Counted from the stretch's first letter, positions 17,663-26,471 are shown. The stretch is 64,000 nucleotides of DNA from Candidatus Adlerbacteria bacterium GW2011_GWA1_54_10 (GCA_001004665.1 LCRO01000001.1:483-64482), one strand, 5' to 3'. Notes: generated by a model from the letters alone, not told the origin. Numbers and translations are program-made.

Positions 17663-19165
17663 TTATACGAAATATTTCTTCTGGATGTCCTTTATCTCCT
17701 GATTCTCCGCTTCCTGTTTCTTTTCCTTGCCGCCCTCTCCAAGCTCGCGGAGGCTGTTATCCTTTTGCTTCGACAGTTCCCCTGCCCTTTTTTCTAAATA
17801 CTCCTCTGTATTTTTTGCCGGGTCATCCAGCACCTCTTCCAGCAAGGCGTGTAATATCCATCCGATTCTAGGACCTGATGGTTCACGTGTAACATCCATC
17901 AGGCGTTTCCCGTCAATTTTAAGCATTCCTACTGAAACGGGGTCTCGGAGAGCCTGTTCTATCATTGATTGATACTTTCGCAGGCGAAACGGCTGTTCTT
18001 TTGGCCTACCAGTGCCTACGCGGTCGCATATTCTAAGATTGACAAGATCCCAGACATGCTCTTTCCCTACATTTGTGATTATACGCCGAACGGCGGAAAG
18101 TGTTATCTTATCCGGATCGCTGAAAAACATGTGCCAACGTACGAGACTTGTTACATTAGTAACGATTTCACGTGAAAACTTGAGCTCATCGAGCCTCTTC
18201 TTGGCTATTTTTGTTCCGACTATCTCATGACCATAGAAAGTCCAGTCTTTTTTATCTTCCGCAAAACGCCTACTCTTTGGCTTTCCCAGATCGTGGAAAA
18301 GCGCCGCGAGTCGCACTTCAAGCTCCCATCCCTTGTCGGCGGCATGTTGTAGAGAGCGCAGGCTGTGCTCAAAAACATCGTATCTGTGAGCCTGATTTTG
18401 CTCGATATCCACTGCCTCCTCTAGCTCCGGCACAATGTATCTCAATATACCTATTTCGCGGCTTAAAATAAGGGCTTTCATGGGCTGTGGAGAAAGAATA
18501 ATGCGCACGAATTCATCTCGTATCCTCTCCTTTGAGATTTTTTGGAGCTGTCCCGCGCACCTTTCCATGGCGGCTTGGGTCTCTGGCTCTATGGCAAAGT
18601 CCAACTCGGCGGCTATACGCACCGCCCTCAATATCCGCAAGGCATCTTCCTCAAACCTGGCTGTAGGATCCCCCACCGCACGGATCGTTCTATCGGATAT
18701 GTCCTTTATACCGTCATAAAGGTCAACGAGTTGTCCTTTAGATGGGCTATAGGACATGGCGTTTACCGTAAAGTCTCGGCGTTTAAGGTCATCTTCGAGC
18801 GTTCTGCCCCACTCCACCGTATCGGGCCGGCGCGCATCGCTGTATTTGCCCTCCAGCCTGTACGGCGTCACTTCTATTATTCGCAAACTCTCATCTGTAA
18901 CTTTGTCGCGCTCTTCCATAGCCTCTGGAGAAGGTGGGTTTACTACCCCTACTGTCCCGAATTCGTTGGTATAAAAGGTGTTTTCAAACAAATTTTGTAT
19001 CTGGTCGGGACTGGCGCTGGTCGTTATGTCCCAATCTTTGGGCTTGAGCCCCAAGAGGATATCCCGCACGCATCCGCCTACTATCCATGCCTCGAAGCCT
19101 GCCCTTTCGAGCGAGCTGACGACTCGCACCACTTCCGGCGGTATTTGGCTGGGGCGCAATTGCAT
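17663..19165 (-). CDS. cca: CCA-adding enzyme / tRNA nucleotidyltransferase with HD domain
   Basis: VGGCVRD, KDWDITT, DLKRRDFTVNA, RFEEDALRILRA and LFHDLGKP motifs. The neighbouring tRNA genes lack encoded CCA. Confidence 0.88.
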   Translation of the reverse strand: MQLRPSQIPPEVVRVVSSLERAGFEAWIVGGCVRDILLGLKPKDWDITTSASPDQIQNLFENTFYTNEFGTVGVVNPPSPEAMEERDKVTDESLRIIEVTPYRLEGKYSDARRPDTVEWGRTLEDDLKRRDFTVNAMSYSPSKGQLVDLYDGIKDISDRTIRAVGDPTARFEEDALRILRAVRIAAELDFAIEPETQAAMERCAGQLQKISKERIRDEFVRIILSPQPMKALILSREIGILRYIVPELEEAVDIEQNQAHRYDVFEHSLRSLQHAADKGWELEVRLAALFHDLGKPKSRRFAEDKKDWTFYGHEIVGTKIAKKRLDELKFSREIVTNVTSLVRWHMFFSDPDKITLSAVRRIITNVGKEHVWDLVNLRICDRVGTGRPKEQPFRLRKYQSMIEQALRDPVSVGMLKIDGKRLMDVTREPSGPRIGWILHALLEEVLDDPAKNTEEYLEKRAGELSKQKDNSLRELGEGGKEKKQEAENQEIKDIQKKYFV

Positions 19166-19207
19166 TGGCTAATTCTAACAGATAAAGCTAATATTGATTC
19201 ATAGCTT

Positions 19208-19279
19208 GCTCCCGTGGTGAAATGGATATCACGCGACGCTTCGGACGTCGAATTTCGGGTTCGAGTCCTGACGGGAGCG
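19208..19279 (+). tRNA. tRNA-Arg(TCG)
   Basis: Cloverleaf with GCTCCCG/CGGGAGC acceptor stem, CGACG-CT-TCG-GA-CGTCG anticodon arm and GGTTCGAGTCC T arm. Confidence 0.93.
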
Positions 19280-19310
19280 CAGGAATGGGATATAATTATT
19301 TTTAGAAATT

Positions 19311-19381
19311 GCGGCCATGGTTAAGTGGTATAATGCGTCCTTGCCAAGGACGAGTTGGGAGTTCGATTCTCCCTGGCCGCA
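19311..19381 (+). tRNA. tRNA-Gly(GCC)
   Basis: GCGGCCA/TGGCCGC acceptor, CGTCC-TT-GCC-AA-GGACG anticodon arm, GTTCGATTC. Confidence 0.93.
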
Positions 19382-19513
19382 CAAAAAGGCGATAAAAGAC
19401 ACCCAAATCGCTTGTTTCTGTGGAAAAGACTGTGAAGATGTGCATAAAGGACATTTTTATGTCCTTTATGGTTACTATAGTAACGATTTGTTTTCACGTG
19501 AACCGTATTATAT

Positions 19514-19909
19514 ATGTCCAAGACAGCTAAGCGTCAAACAGGCGATATTGGGGAAGGAGTAGCTTGCCACTGGCTAGAGAATAGGGGATATAAGGTAATC
19601 GAGCGCAATTATTTAAAGCCGTGGGGCGAGATAGATATAGTAGCGGAGAAAGCAAAAAAGCTCTATTTTGTGGAGGTAAAGTCAGTTTCACGTGAATCTT
19701 TTGCCAAATTGGGTTCACGTGAAATGTATCGGCCGGAGGAAAATGTTCATCCATCGAAGCTCAAAAGGCTCCATCGAGCGGTCCAGACCTATTTACTGGA
19801 TAGGAAAGTGCCAGAAAATAGGCCCTGGCAGATAGATGTTGTCTGTGTGTACTTAAACTTTGAGGACCGTAAGGCCCGCGTGGAGGTTTTGGAGAATGTG
19901 ATCCTGTAG
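19514..19909 (+). CDS. yraN: YraN (UPF0102) family nuclease
   Basis: GDIGEGVACHWL...ERNY...GEIDIVA...FVEVK motif. Confidence 0.9.
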   Translation: MSKTAKRQTGDIGEGVACHWLENRGYKVIERNYLKPWGEIDIVAEKAKKLYFVEVKSVSRESFAKLGSREMYRPEENVHPSKLKRLHRAVQTYLLDRKVPENRPWQIDVVCVYLNFEDRKARVEVLENVIL

Positions 19910-19949
19910 CCTAAAGGACATCTAAAGGACATATGATAGAGTGTGCGAA

Positions 19950-20020
19950 CGGGCTGTAGTACACCGGTAGTATGCGTGCTTTGGGAGCACGAGAACTGGG
20001 TTCGATTCCCAGCAGCCCGA
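19950..20020 (+). tRNA. tRNA-Pro(TGG)
   Basis: CGGGCTG/CAGCCCG acceptor, CGTGC-TT-TGG-GA-GCACG anticodon arm, GGTTCGATTCC. Confidence 0.93.
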
Positions 20021-20023
20021 ATT

Positions 20024-21163
20024 TTACCGCCCGTCGAGGGCGGAGATGAGTTGTGCAGTAAGGCCGGGGACGACCGTGGCGTTAAAAAGCGCAGCTTTTG
20101 CCGCAAGATCGCCGGAGAGAAGCCCTTTTATACCCCCGTGTCCCGCGCTTTTCAGGCTCTCATCAATGTGGGAGAGAGTTATGGCGCGCAGATCGCGCTC
20201 GCCAGTAGAACCTTCAAGTATTGCGGTCGAAATTATCCCGCCGAGCCTGCCGCTTTTAAGTGGTACTGCGGCTCCGCCCGAAGAACCGCTTTGGGAGAGT
20301 ATTGTGCCGCCTATGGAAAAAAGGTCAATGTCGTCCGCCGTGCCCTCGAAGGAATAAAGGCGGGTTAGATAGGCGAGCGCCGAGCTTGCATAAAGGTTGG
20401 TTGCTATCGTCTCGCCGGAAAGAAATCCGGCCGGATAGGCGGCAAGAAGTATTTGTTCGCCAAGCGTCCGCTCGCCTATGTCAGGCTCAAGAGCAGGGAA
20501 GTGGGAAGGCAGGGGATTTTTGGGGTTATACGGGCCGGTAATAAGCAAAAATGCATAATCCCTCTCGCCCGTGCCGAGGGCCCGCTGCTCTGCAATTTGG
20601 GGGGCGTTCTCCGCCACCCATGTAGGCGGGAGATAAAGCAGGGCGGCGCGGTATTGCGGCTCGGCTGGGCTCCCAGCGCGCACGATGCAGTCAATATTAC
20701 CGGGCATGCCGTAGTCGCGCAAAAGGAAATATTGCGCGACGTGTGCGGCTGTCAAAATTACGCCGCGGCTGTCCACGATAACGCCGCTGCCGGAAATGGG
20801 GTTGAGATAGCCGCCGCGCAGTGTGGTGCAGACAATATTTATCAGCGCCGCGCGCGTTTCGGTATTTAACTGTGAGAACGACTTCGCGGGCGCGTCGGCA
20901 GGCTCCAGCGGTTCCGGGATTTTCGCCGCGGGAGTGACAGAAGGCAACTCCTCGCCCGCTTGCGGAGAGGTGTTGCCTTGAGGGGCTGTAAGTTGCGGCT
21001 CCGGCTCTTGCATGGTTACTCGCGTTGTCGTCGCTATATCCTGCGTCGGCGCTGGAGCTTGGGTCACCACCTGCGGTGCCGCGCCAAAAAGCGTAGCAAT
21101 TGCAACAATCACTACGGCAAAAAACCTTGCCACGGCGTCAATTAATCCGTAGATAAATTCCAT
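20024..21163 (-). CDS. Membrane-anchored trypsin-like serine protease
   Basis: GSGVIV, LTAAHV (His), DYAFL (Asp), GSSGGA (Ser); N-terminal TM and Pro-rich linker. Confidence 0.85.
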   Translation of the reverse strand: MEFIYGLIDAVARFFAVVIVAIATLFGAAPQVVTQAPAPTQDIATTTRVTMQEPEPQLTAPQGNTSPQAGEELPSVTPAAKIPEPLEPADAPAKSFSQLNTETRAALINIVCTTLRGGYLNPISGSGVIVDSRGVILTAAHVAQYFLLRDYGMPGNIDCIVRAGSPAEPQYRAALLYLPPTWVAENAPQIAEQRALGTGERDYAFLLITGPYNPKNPLPSHFPALEPDIGERTLGEQILLAAYPAGFLSGETIATNLYASSALAYLTRLYSFEGTADDIDLFSIGGTILSQSGSSGGAAVPLKSGRLGGIISTAILEGSTGERDLRAITLSHIDESLKSAGHGGIKGLLSGDLAAKAALFNATVVPGLTAQLISALDGR

Positions 21164-21250
21164 GATTAGAAGTATTATACTAAATTGAGTTTTTCCGCCC
21201 TAGCGGACTAGCGGGCTTGCCCGCCGAAGTCACGCTATGGCGGGACGAAG

Positions 21251-21321
21251 GCGGGATTAGTTTAGTGGCAAAACGACAGTTTTCCAAACTGTAGTCGGGA
21301 GTTCGATTCTCCCATCCCGCA
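21251..21321 (+). tRNA. tRNA-Gly(TCC)
   Basis: GCGGGAT/ATCCCGC acceptor, ACAGT-TT-TCC-AA-ACTGT anticodon arm, GTTCGATTC. Confidence 0.93.
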
Positions 21322-21400
21322 CACTTCGACTCGAGGACTCGCTCAGTGTAAACACTGAGCCATAGTAAAGTGGAGAAGTACCCCGAGTTCTATCGAGGGG
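21322..21400. repeat. Family A (TTCGAC..GCTCAG) repeat copies between tRNA-Gly and the GIY-YIG gene
   Basis: CACTTCGACTCGAGGACTCGCTCAGTGTAAAC, then ACTGAGC, then the inverted copy CCCCGAGTTCTATCGAGGGG. Confidence 0.65.
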
Positions 21401-21408
21401 CTCCTAAT

Positions 21409-21663
21409 ATGAAATGGTTTGTATACATAGCACAAGCGGCTTCTGGTTATTACTATGTTGGGATTTCTCCTAACCCGAAAGAACGTATAATTTGCCATAA
21501 TGCCGGCGCTGGTTCTCAAATGGCAAGACAGCACGGGTCTTTCGAGTTAGTGTATTCTTCCGCACCCTTTCCAAATAAATCTGAGGCTCGAAAGCGTGAA
21601 ATACAACTCAAAGGCTGGAGTAAAGAAAAGAAATTGAAGTTGATAAAAGGCGAATGGAAATAG
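21409..21663 (+). CDS. Stand-alone GIY-YIG nuclease (UPF0213/YhbQ-like)
   Basis: MKWFVYI...YYVGISPNPKERIICHNAG...SEARKREIQLKGWSKEKK. AT-richer than its neighbours. Confidence 0.9.
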   Translation: MKWFVYIAQAASGYYYVGISPNPKERIICHNAGAGSQMARQHGSFELVYSSAPFPNKSEARKREIQLKGWSKEKKLKLIKGEWK

Positions 21664-21764
21664 GTGAGCCCGCGCGCCATTAGCTTCGTTCAAAAAATGT
21701 TCGGATTTCGGCTCCCCATTTTTCCAAGGCATTTTATCGAGTAAGGAGACTTGAGTGGGACACC

Positions 21765-21799
21765 AAACCAAAAGCCCCCGTTCGGGGGCTTTTGGTTTT
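21765..21799. terminator. Bidirectional terminator
   Basis: AAACCAAAAGCCCCCG-TT-CGGGGGCTTTTGGTTT between convergent genes. Confidence 0.85.
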
Positions 21800-21815
21800 C
21801 CGGAATTTTTAGGAT

Positions 21816-22088
21816 TTACTTTACCGCCTCTTTAAGCGCTTTTGCGGGCTGGAACTTGGGCACGCGCATCGCCGGCACTTGCACCGAAGCGCCCGTGCGC
21901 GGGTTGCGGGCCGTGCGAGCGGCGCGCATTTTGGTCTTGAAGATGCCGAGGCCCGCCACCGAAACTTCCTCGCCCTTGCGCAAGCACCCGACGATGCAGT
22001 CTATCATCGCCTCGACGGCGCGCTCGGCGTCGGCCTTGGTGGTTCCAAGGACGCCGTGGACCTTTTCCGCAATGTCCTGCTTGTTCAT
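21816..22088 (-). CDS. hup: DNA-binding protein HU
   Basis: MNKQDI...GLGIF...RAARTARNPRTG...PKFQPAKALKEAV. Confidence 0.95.
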   Translation of the reverse strand: MNKQDIAEKVHGVLGTTKADAERAVEAMIDCIVGCLRKGEEVSVAGLGIFKTKMRAARTARNPRTGASVQVPAMRVPKFQPAKALKEAVK

Positions 22089-22197
22089 AGATTAAAAGGT
22101 TACTATTAAAAGCCTCCGTAGTATACCTCCTCCAAAAAAGCCTGCAATAGAGCCATCCCCAAATGCGGCGGTCCGTCCAAAACCGCCTTGCCGACCG

Positions 22198-23727
22198 CTA
22201 TCTTGCGAATTCTATTGCCCTTGTCTCCCTTATCACGTTCACTTTTATCTCTCCCGGATACTTAAGCTCGTTCTCGATGCGGAGGGCTATCTGCCGCGCC
22301 AGCTCGCGCGCGGCGAAGTCCGACATTTCTTCCGGTTTGACGAATATCCTAACCTCGCGGCCTGCGGAAATGGCGTAGGATTTTTCGACGCCTGGGAAGG
22401 AGTTCGCTATCTGCTCAATGTCCGATAGCCGCTTTAGATACTGCTCGACGCTGTCGCGCCGCGCGCCCGGGCGGCCGCCGGAGATGGCGTCCGCCACCTG
22501 CACTATCACCGATTCCACAGTTTCGTAGGGGTACTCTTCGTGATGCGCCTGCATCGCCTTTATGACTTCCTCGCTGACGCCGAATTTTTGCAGGATGCGG
22601 CGGCCTATCTCGACATGTGTGCCTTGCACCTCGTGGTCAAGCGCTTTACCTATGTCGTGGAGGAGCGCTCCGGCGCGCGCCACGGCCGGGTTTGCGCCGA
22701 GCTCCTCGGCTATCATTCCGGAGAGGTGGGCCATCTCGATGCTGTGCTGAAGCACGCTTTGCCCGTAGGACGTGCGGAAGTGGAGCCTGCCCAAAATCTG
22801 CAAAAGTTTGGGGTCGAGATTCAAGACGCCGGCCTCGAAGGCCGCCTGTTCGCCCTTTTCCTTGATTATTTTATTGACCTCCTGCTTGGCCTTCTCTACC
22901 AGCTCTTCTATTTTTGCGGGCTGGATGCGCCCATCTATTATCAAATTCTCAAGCGCGACGCGCGCGACCGCGCGACGCACGGGGTCGTATGACGAAAGCA
23001 CTATGGAACCCGGCGTGTCGTCGATAATGACCTCAACGCCGGTCGCGCGCTCGAACGCCTTGATGTTGCGGCCTTCCTTGCCGATTATCTTGCCCTTAAG
23101 GTCGTCGGAGGGAATGGTGATTGCCGTCGCCATTGTGTCGCTTGCGACGGAATTCCCCATGCGGTGTATTGCGGTCGTCAAGATCTCGCGCGCCCGCCTC
23201 TCCAGCTTCTCCCCGCTCTCGCGCTCGAGCTTTTGCAGGCGGACCATAAAATCGTCGCTCATCTCGCGCTCAAGCTCCGCATAAAGACGCTCCTTAGCCT
23301 CGTCTTTAGTAAGCCCCGCGACTTTGGCAAGCGCGCCGGCGCGCTCCTCGAGCAGCTGCTCGGCGCGCTCTCTGATGGATTTAACGTCCTCGATGCGGGC
23401 TTTTACCGCCTCTATTTCACTGTCGAGTTCGCCCTGCTTCTTGTCTATCTGCTCCTCGCGCTTGAAGACGCGCTCCTCGGCGCGCGTCAGCTTTTCTCCC
23501 TTTTCCTTGAGAAGTTCTTCGCCGACCAGTGAGGCCCTCTTGGCCTCCTCCTGCGTGACCTCGGTTATTTTTTTAGCCTCCTCGCGCGCATCGAGGAGCA
23601 TCTGCTTAACCTTGACTTCTATCGAGCCCTTACGCGATAGGACAAGCAACCAGCGGAATACGTAGCCAATGACGGCGCCACCCAGCCCCGCGGCCCCGAG
23701 GAGCAAAAACAATGTGGTTAATGACAT
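22198..23727 (-). CDS. rny: Ribonuclease Y
   Basis: TM, coiled coil, KH (KGKIIGKEGRNI) and HD (LLHDIGKA) domains. Confidence 0.96.
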   Translation of the reverse strand: MSLTTLFLLLGAAGLGGAVIGYVFRWLLVLSRKGSIEVKVKQMLLDAREEAKKITEVTQEEAKRASLVGEELLKEKGEKLTRAEERVFKREEQIDKKQGELDSEIEAVKARIEDVKSIRERAEQLLEERAGALAKVAGLTKDEAKERLYAELEREMSDDFMVRLQKLERESGEKLERRAREILTTAIHRMGNSVASDTMATAITIPSDDLKGKIIGKEGRNIKAFERATGVEVIIDDTPGSIVLSSYDPVRRAVARVALENLIIDGRIQPAKIEELVEKAKQEVNKIIKEKGEQAAFEAGVLNLDPKLLQILGRLHFRTSYGQSVLQHSIEMAHLSGMIAEELGANPAVARAGALLHDIGKALDHEVQGTHVEIGRRILQKFGVSEEVIKAMQAHHEEYPYETVESVIVQVADAISGGRPGARRDSVEQYLKRLSDIEQIANSFPGVEKSYAISAGREVRIFVKPEEMSDFAARELARQIALRIENELKYPGEIKVNVIRETRAIEFAR

Positions 23728-23775
23728 AAAGAAAGATCATAAAATTTGATATGAAACGGACACTGCAATAATGCC

Positions 23776-24381
23776 CTATTTTTTTCCTTTGTGCAAGAAT
23801 ATCTCGTCTATGATTCCGTACTTTTTGGCCTCCTCCGAGGTCATGAAGAAGTCGCGCTCCACATCTTTCTCTATCTTCTCCATGGTTTGTCCCGTCGCCT
23901 TAACGAGAATTTTGTTGAGACGATCTCTCGTCGCCACGATGTGCTTGGCGGTTATCTCGATGTCGGTGGCCTGCCCCTGCGCGCCGCCCCATGGCTGGTG
24001 TATCATCACCTCCGCATTGGGGAGAGCGAAGCGCTTGCCCTTCTGTCCGCCCGCGAGCATTATCGCGGCGCCGGAGGCGGCGATGCCGACGCACACTGTC
24101 GCGACATCCGGCTTGATGTAGTTCATCGTATCGAGCATCGCCAAAGTGGCCGTTACGGAGCCGCCCGGGGAGTTGATGTAGATTTGGATGTCTTTTTTCG
24201 GGTCCTCGCTCTCCAAGAACAGGAGCTGGGCGATGATGAGATTCGCCGTGTTGTCCTCGATGGGGCCGCCGAGAAAAATTATCCGCTCCTTAAGGAGCCG
24301 CGAATAAATGTCGAACGCCCGCTCGCCATAGGGCGACTTCTCCACGACCATAGGAACGAGCTGATTGCTGAAAGTTTGCAT
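23776..24381 (-). CDS. clpP: ATP-dependent Clp protease proteolytic subunit
   Basis: [25 protein letters not shown] (Ser) and MIHQP motifs. Confidence 0.97.
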   Translation of the reverse strand: MQTFSNQLVPMVVEKSPYGERAFDIYSRLLKERIIFLGGPIEDNTANLIIAQLLFLESEDPKKDIQIYINSPGGSVTATLAMLDTMNYIKPDVATVCVGIAASGAAIMLAGGQKGKRFALPNAEVMIHQPWGGAQGQATDIEITAKHIVATRDRLNKILVKATGQTMEKIEKDVERDFFMTSEEAKKYGIIDEIFLHKGKK

Positions 24382-24593
24382 GGAAGTAGTTTAGCCTTGA
24401 CTCTCTGACTTATCAAGCGCATTCTCGAGTGCAGATAGTTTCATGGAGGTCGATATGACAACCAGGCAGGAACTCGATGTCTTGTTTCTGGACATCAAGA
24501 CGTATGACAGGCTCGTAAGCGCGGCGATAAAAGCCGGGGCCAATATTTTAGAATACAATCGCATAACGGACGGCGAACGCTTGCCCGCTCTTT

Positions 24594-25502
24594 TTATTTG
24601 TGTTTCTCACCCTCCAGAAGCTTCAAAACTTTTTCGTTGCGGAGGACGGTTTCGATATGGATGCGCAGTAGGTCGCGCTTGGCGTCCGGGAAATGCTCAA
24701 GGGCGCGCTTTACTTCCGTCTCTGCCGCGTCTTTGTCCGGCTCTATTTTTTCCTCCTGCGCTATCTTATTGAGGACGAGCTGGAGCTTGGCGCGCCTCCG
24801 CGCGCTCTCGCGCAGCTCGCTGCGCATCGTTTCTTCCGTCTTGTTTATTTTTACCAGGTATTCGTCGAACGAAAGCCCGAAACGCTTAATATCCTCGCGC
24901 ATTTGCGCCAGAATTTTTTCCTGCTCGCTCTCGATGAAAACTCGCGGCACTGCAACGGCCGATTTCGCCATGAGCGAGTCAATTAGCTTAGCGCGCCGTG
25001 CGCTGTGCGCCATGTACTCTCGAGCCTTCTGCTCCTCCTTTGGGGACGGCGGCGGATCGGACTTTGGCAATTCTCCCGCGTATGGCTCCTGCGGTATTTT
25101 CTCGTGCAGTTCCATCCAGTTGCGCGGGAGGGTGACTTCTGGGAGCGCGCATACGCGCACTGAAATACCCACAGGATTACCCGTTGCGAGCTTTGTAATG
25201 CGTATTTCCGGCCGGCCTACGGCATCAATTTTGTGAGCCGCGATGAGCGCGGGATAAAAGTCTTTTATAAAAAATTCCACGGACTCTTCCAATACGGCGA
25301 TCTCCCCGGCCTTTTGCAGGGCGATCGCGCGAGGCACCTTGCCGGGGCGGAATCCTGGCAGTTCCAAATGTTCTGCGATGTGCGCGAGGGCGCGGTCGCG
25401 ATAGGACGCGACTGCCTCGAAAGGTATTTCGCCCGCAAACTCGACTTCGGACTCGGGAAGATTTTTTAGAGAAAGATATTTCGCCAGTTCCTCATGAGAC
25501 AT
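24594..25502 (-). CDS. tig: Trigger factor lacking the FKBP/PPIase domain
   Basis: PGFRPGKVP ribosome-binding motif and C-terminal chaperone domain; only 302 aa; upstream of clpP. Confidence 0.85.
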   Translation of the reverse strand: MSHEELAKYLSLKNLPESEVEFAGEIPFEAVASYRDRALAHIAEHLELPGFRPGKVPRAIALQKAGEIAVLEESVEFFIKDFYPALIAAHKIDAVGRPEIRITKLATGNPVGISVRVCALPEVTLPRNWMELHEKIPQEPYAGELPKSDPPPSPKEEQKAREYMAHSARRAKLIDSLMAKSAVAVPRVFIESEQEKILAQMREDIKRFGLSFDEYLVKINKTEETMRSELRESARRRAKLQLVLNKIAQEEKIEPDKDAAETEVKRALEHFPDAKRDLLRIHIETVLRNEKVLKLLEGEKHK

Positions 25503-25511
25503 CCGGCGATA

Positions 25512-25784
25512 TTACAACGATTGTTCCAGATTTGAAAACTCTCCTTCGATATTCGCATCTCCGGTTGCGTTCAAGTCCGCCTCGATGTTGCGGAGCTCGT
25601 CCGAGGATGAGTCCGCTGATGCGCCGCTCTCACTTACTACCAACTCGTTCTGCGACTGCAGTATAAAGAAATATGCCCCGCCGGCTGCGAGGAGCAGGAC
25701 AACGATGATTATGCCGATTATCGCACCGACGCCCCCGCCGCTGTGCGGCTGGGGCGTCGGGTCCATGATAGGGGCGGCTTCCAT
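25512..25784 (-). CDS. Small single-TM hypothetical protein
   Basis: 90 aa, GAIIGIIIVVLLLAAGGAYF followed by an acidic tail. Confidence 0.7.
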   Translation of the reverse strand: MEAAPIMDPTPQPHSGGGVGAIIGIIIVVLLLAAGGAYFFILQSQNELVVSESGASADSSSDELRNIEADLNATGDANIEGEFSNLEQSL

Positions 25785-25788
25785 AAGA

Positions 25789-26400
25789 TTATTCTACATC
25801 CGCACCCGCGCCGACCTCCAGTCTTATGCTGCGGATAACTGCCATGAGGGATCGCGCCGCTTGCCGCAGAGCGTCCTGCGCCGCTTCAATTGCCGTGCGC
25901 ACCGCGCCCATATACTCCTTCGGCGTAGGACTCGCGAGCGCCGCGTCAAAGGCCGCGCTGACCGCGAGTCCTTTCTCCGCGGCGACCTCGATATCGGCGT
26001 CGGCCCGCGCAAGCAGGTCTGTCGAGCTCGCCATGGCAAGGCCCTGCACCTTCAGCTTCCCTATCTGCGTTTCAAGCCGCATGGAAGCGTTTTCCAGTTT
26101 GTCTACCGAGCGGTCGAAGTGCTCGAGAATGTTGCCCAAATGCATTTGGGCCTTCTCCCCCCAGCGCCCGCGCGCCTTTTCCTTGATCTCTCCCTTGTGT
26201 TCGCTTATCGCGCTCTTGATTTGTTCTACACGCGCTTTGACCGTAGTCGAGGCATCGCCCCGAGCGTCCAAATTTATTTTTTTAATAACCGGCCCGAGCT
26301 TTATTGTCGACGATGCATTTACCGAAGCCTCGGTTCTCGCGCCGGCAAGGGCTGGCGCGGCGAGCCCCAAGATTGCGAGATAAATAATCAACTTTTTCAT
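25789..26400 (-). CDS. Secreted alanine-rich coiled-coil protein
   Basis: Signal peptide MKKLIIYLAILGLAAPALA; helical repeats. Confidence 0.75.
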   Translation of the reverse strand: MKKLIIYLAILGLAAPALAGARTEASVNASSTIKLGPVIKKINLDARGDASTTVKARVEQIKSAISEHKGEIKEKARGRWGEKAQMHLGNILEHFDRSVDKLENASMRLETQIGKLKVQGLAMASSTDLLARADADIEVAAEKGLAVSAAFDAALASPTPKEYMGAVRTAIEAAQDALRQAARSLMAVIRSIRLEVGAGADVE

Positions 26401-26427
26401 ATGCTTGCCTGCAATTATATAATAAGA

Positions 26428-26452
26428 AGCCCGCCGTCTATGACGGCGGGCT
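26428..26452 (-). terminator. Terminator downstream of ppa
   Basis: AGCCCGCCGTC-TAT-GACGGCGGGCT with a T-rich tail on the minus strand. Confidence 0.7.
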
Positions 26453-26471
26453 GTTCATAACCTTACGATGC

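Larger units (their letters stand above)
17879..19726. promoter_or_regulatory. Five parS-like palindromes
   Basis: TGGTTCACGTGTAACA 17879, GATTTCACGTGAAAAC 18164, GTTTTCACGTGAACCG 19490, AGTTTCACGTGAATCT 19684 and GGGTTCACGTGAAATG 19711, compared with consensus TGTTNCACGTGAAACA. Confidence 0.65.
17615..19932. repeat. Cluster of ten TAAAGGACAT 10-mers
   Basis: Forward at 17615, 17624, 17636, 19445, 19912 and 19923; reverse at 17656, 17685, 18699 and 19459. Confidence 0.85.

Noticed and set aside
17615-17694. Tandem TAAAGGACAT repeats as a CRISPR array
   Set aside because: The repeats are 10 bp, in mixed orientation, with no 25-45 bp unique spacers, and no cas genes are in the window.
21664-21764. 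tRNA 3' duplication (attR) after the GIY-YIG gene, ending ...GGGACACCA
   Set aside because: It does not match the tRNA-Gly 3' end (CCCATCCCGCA) and has no T-loop, so classic tRNA-targeted integration is not supported.
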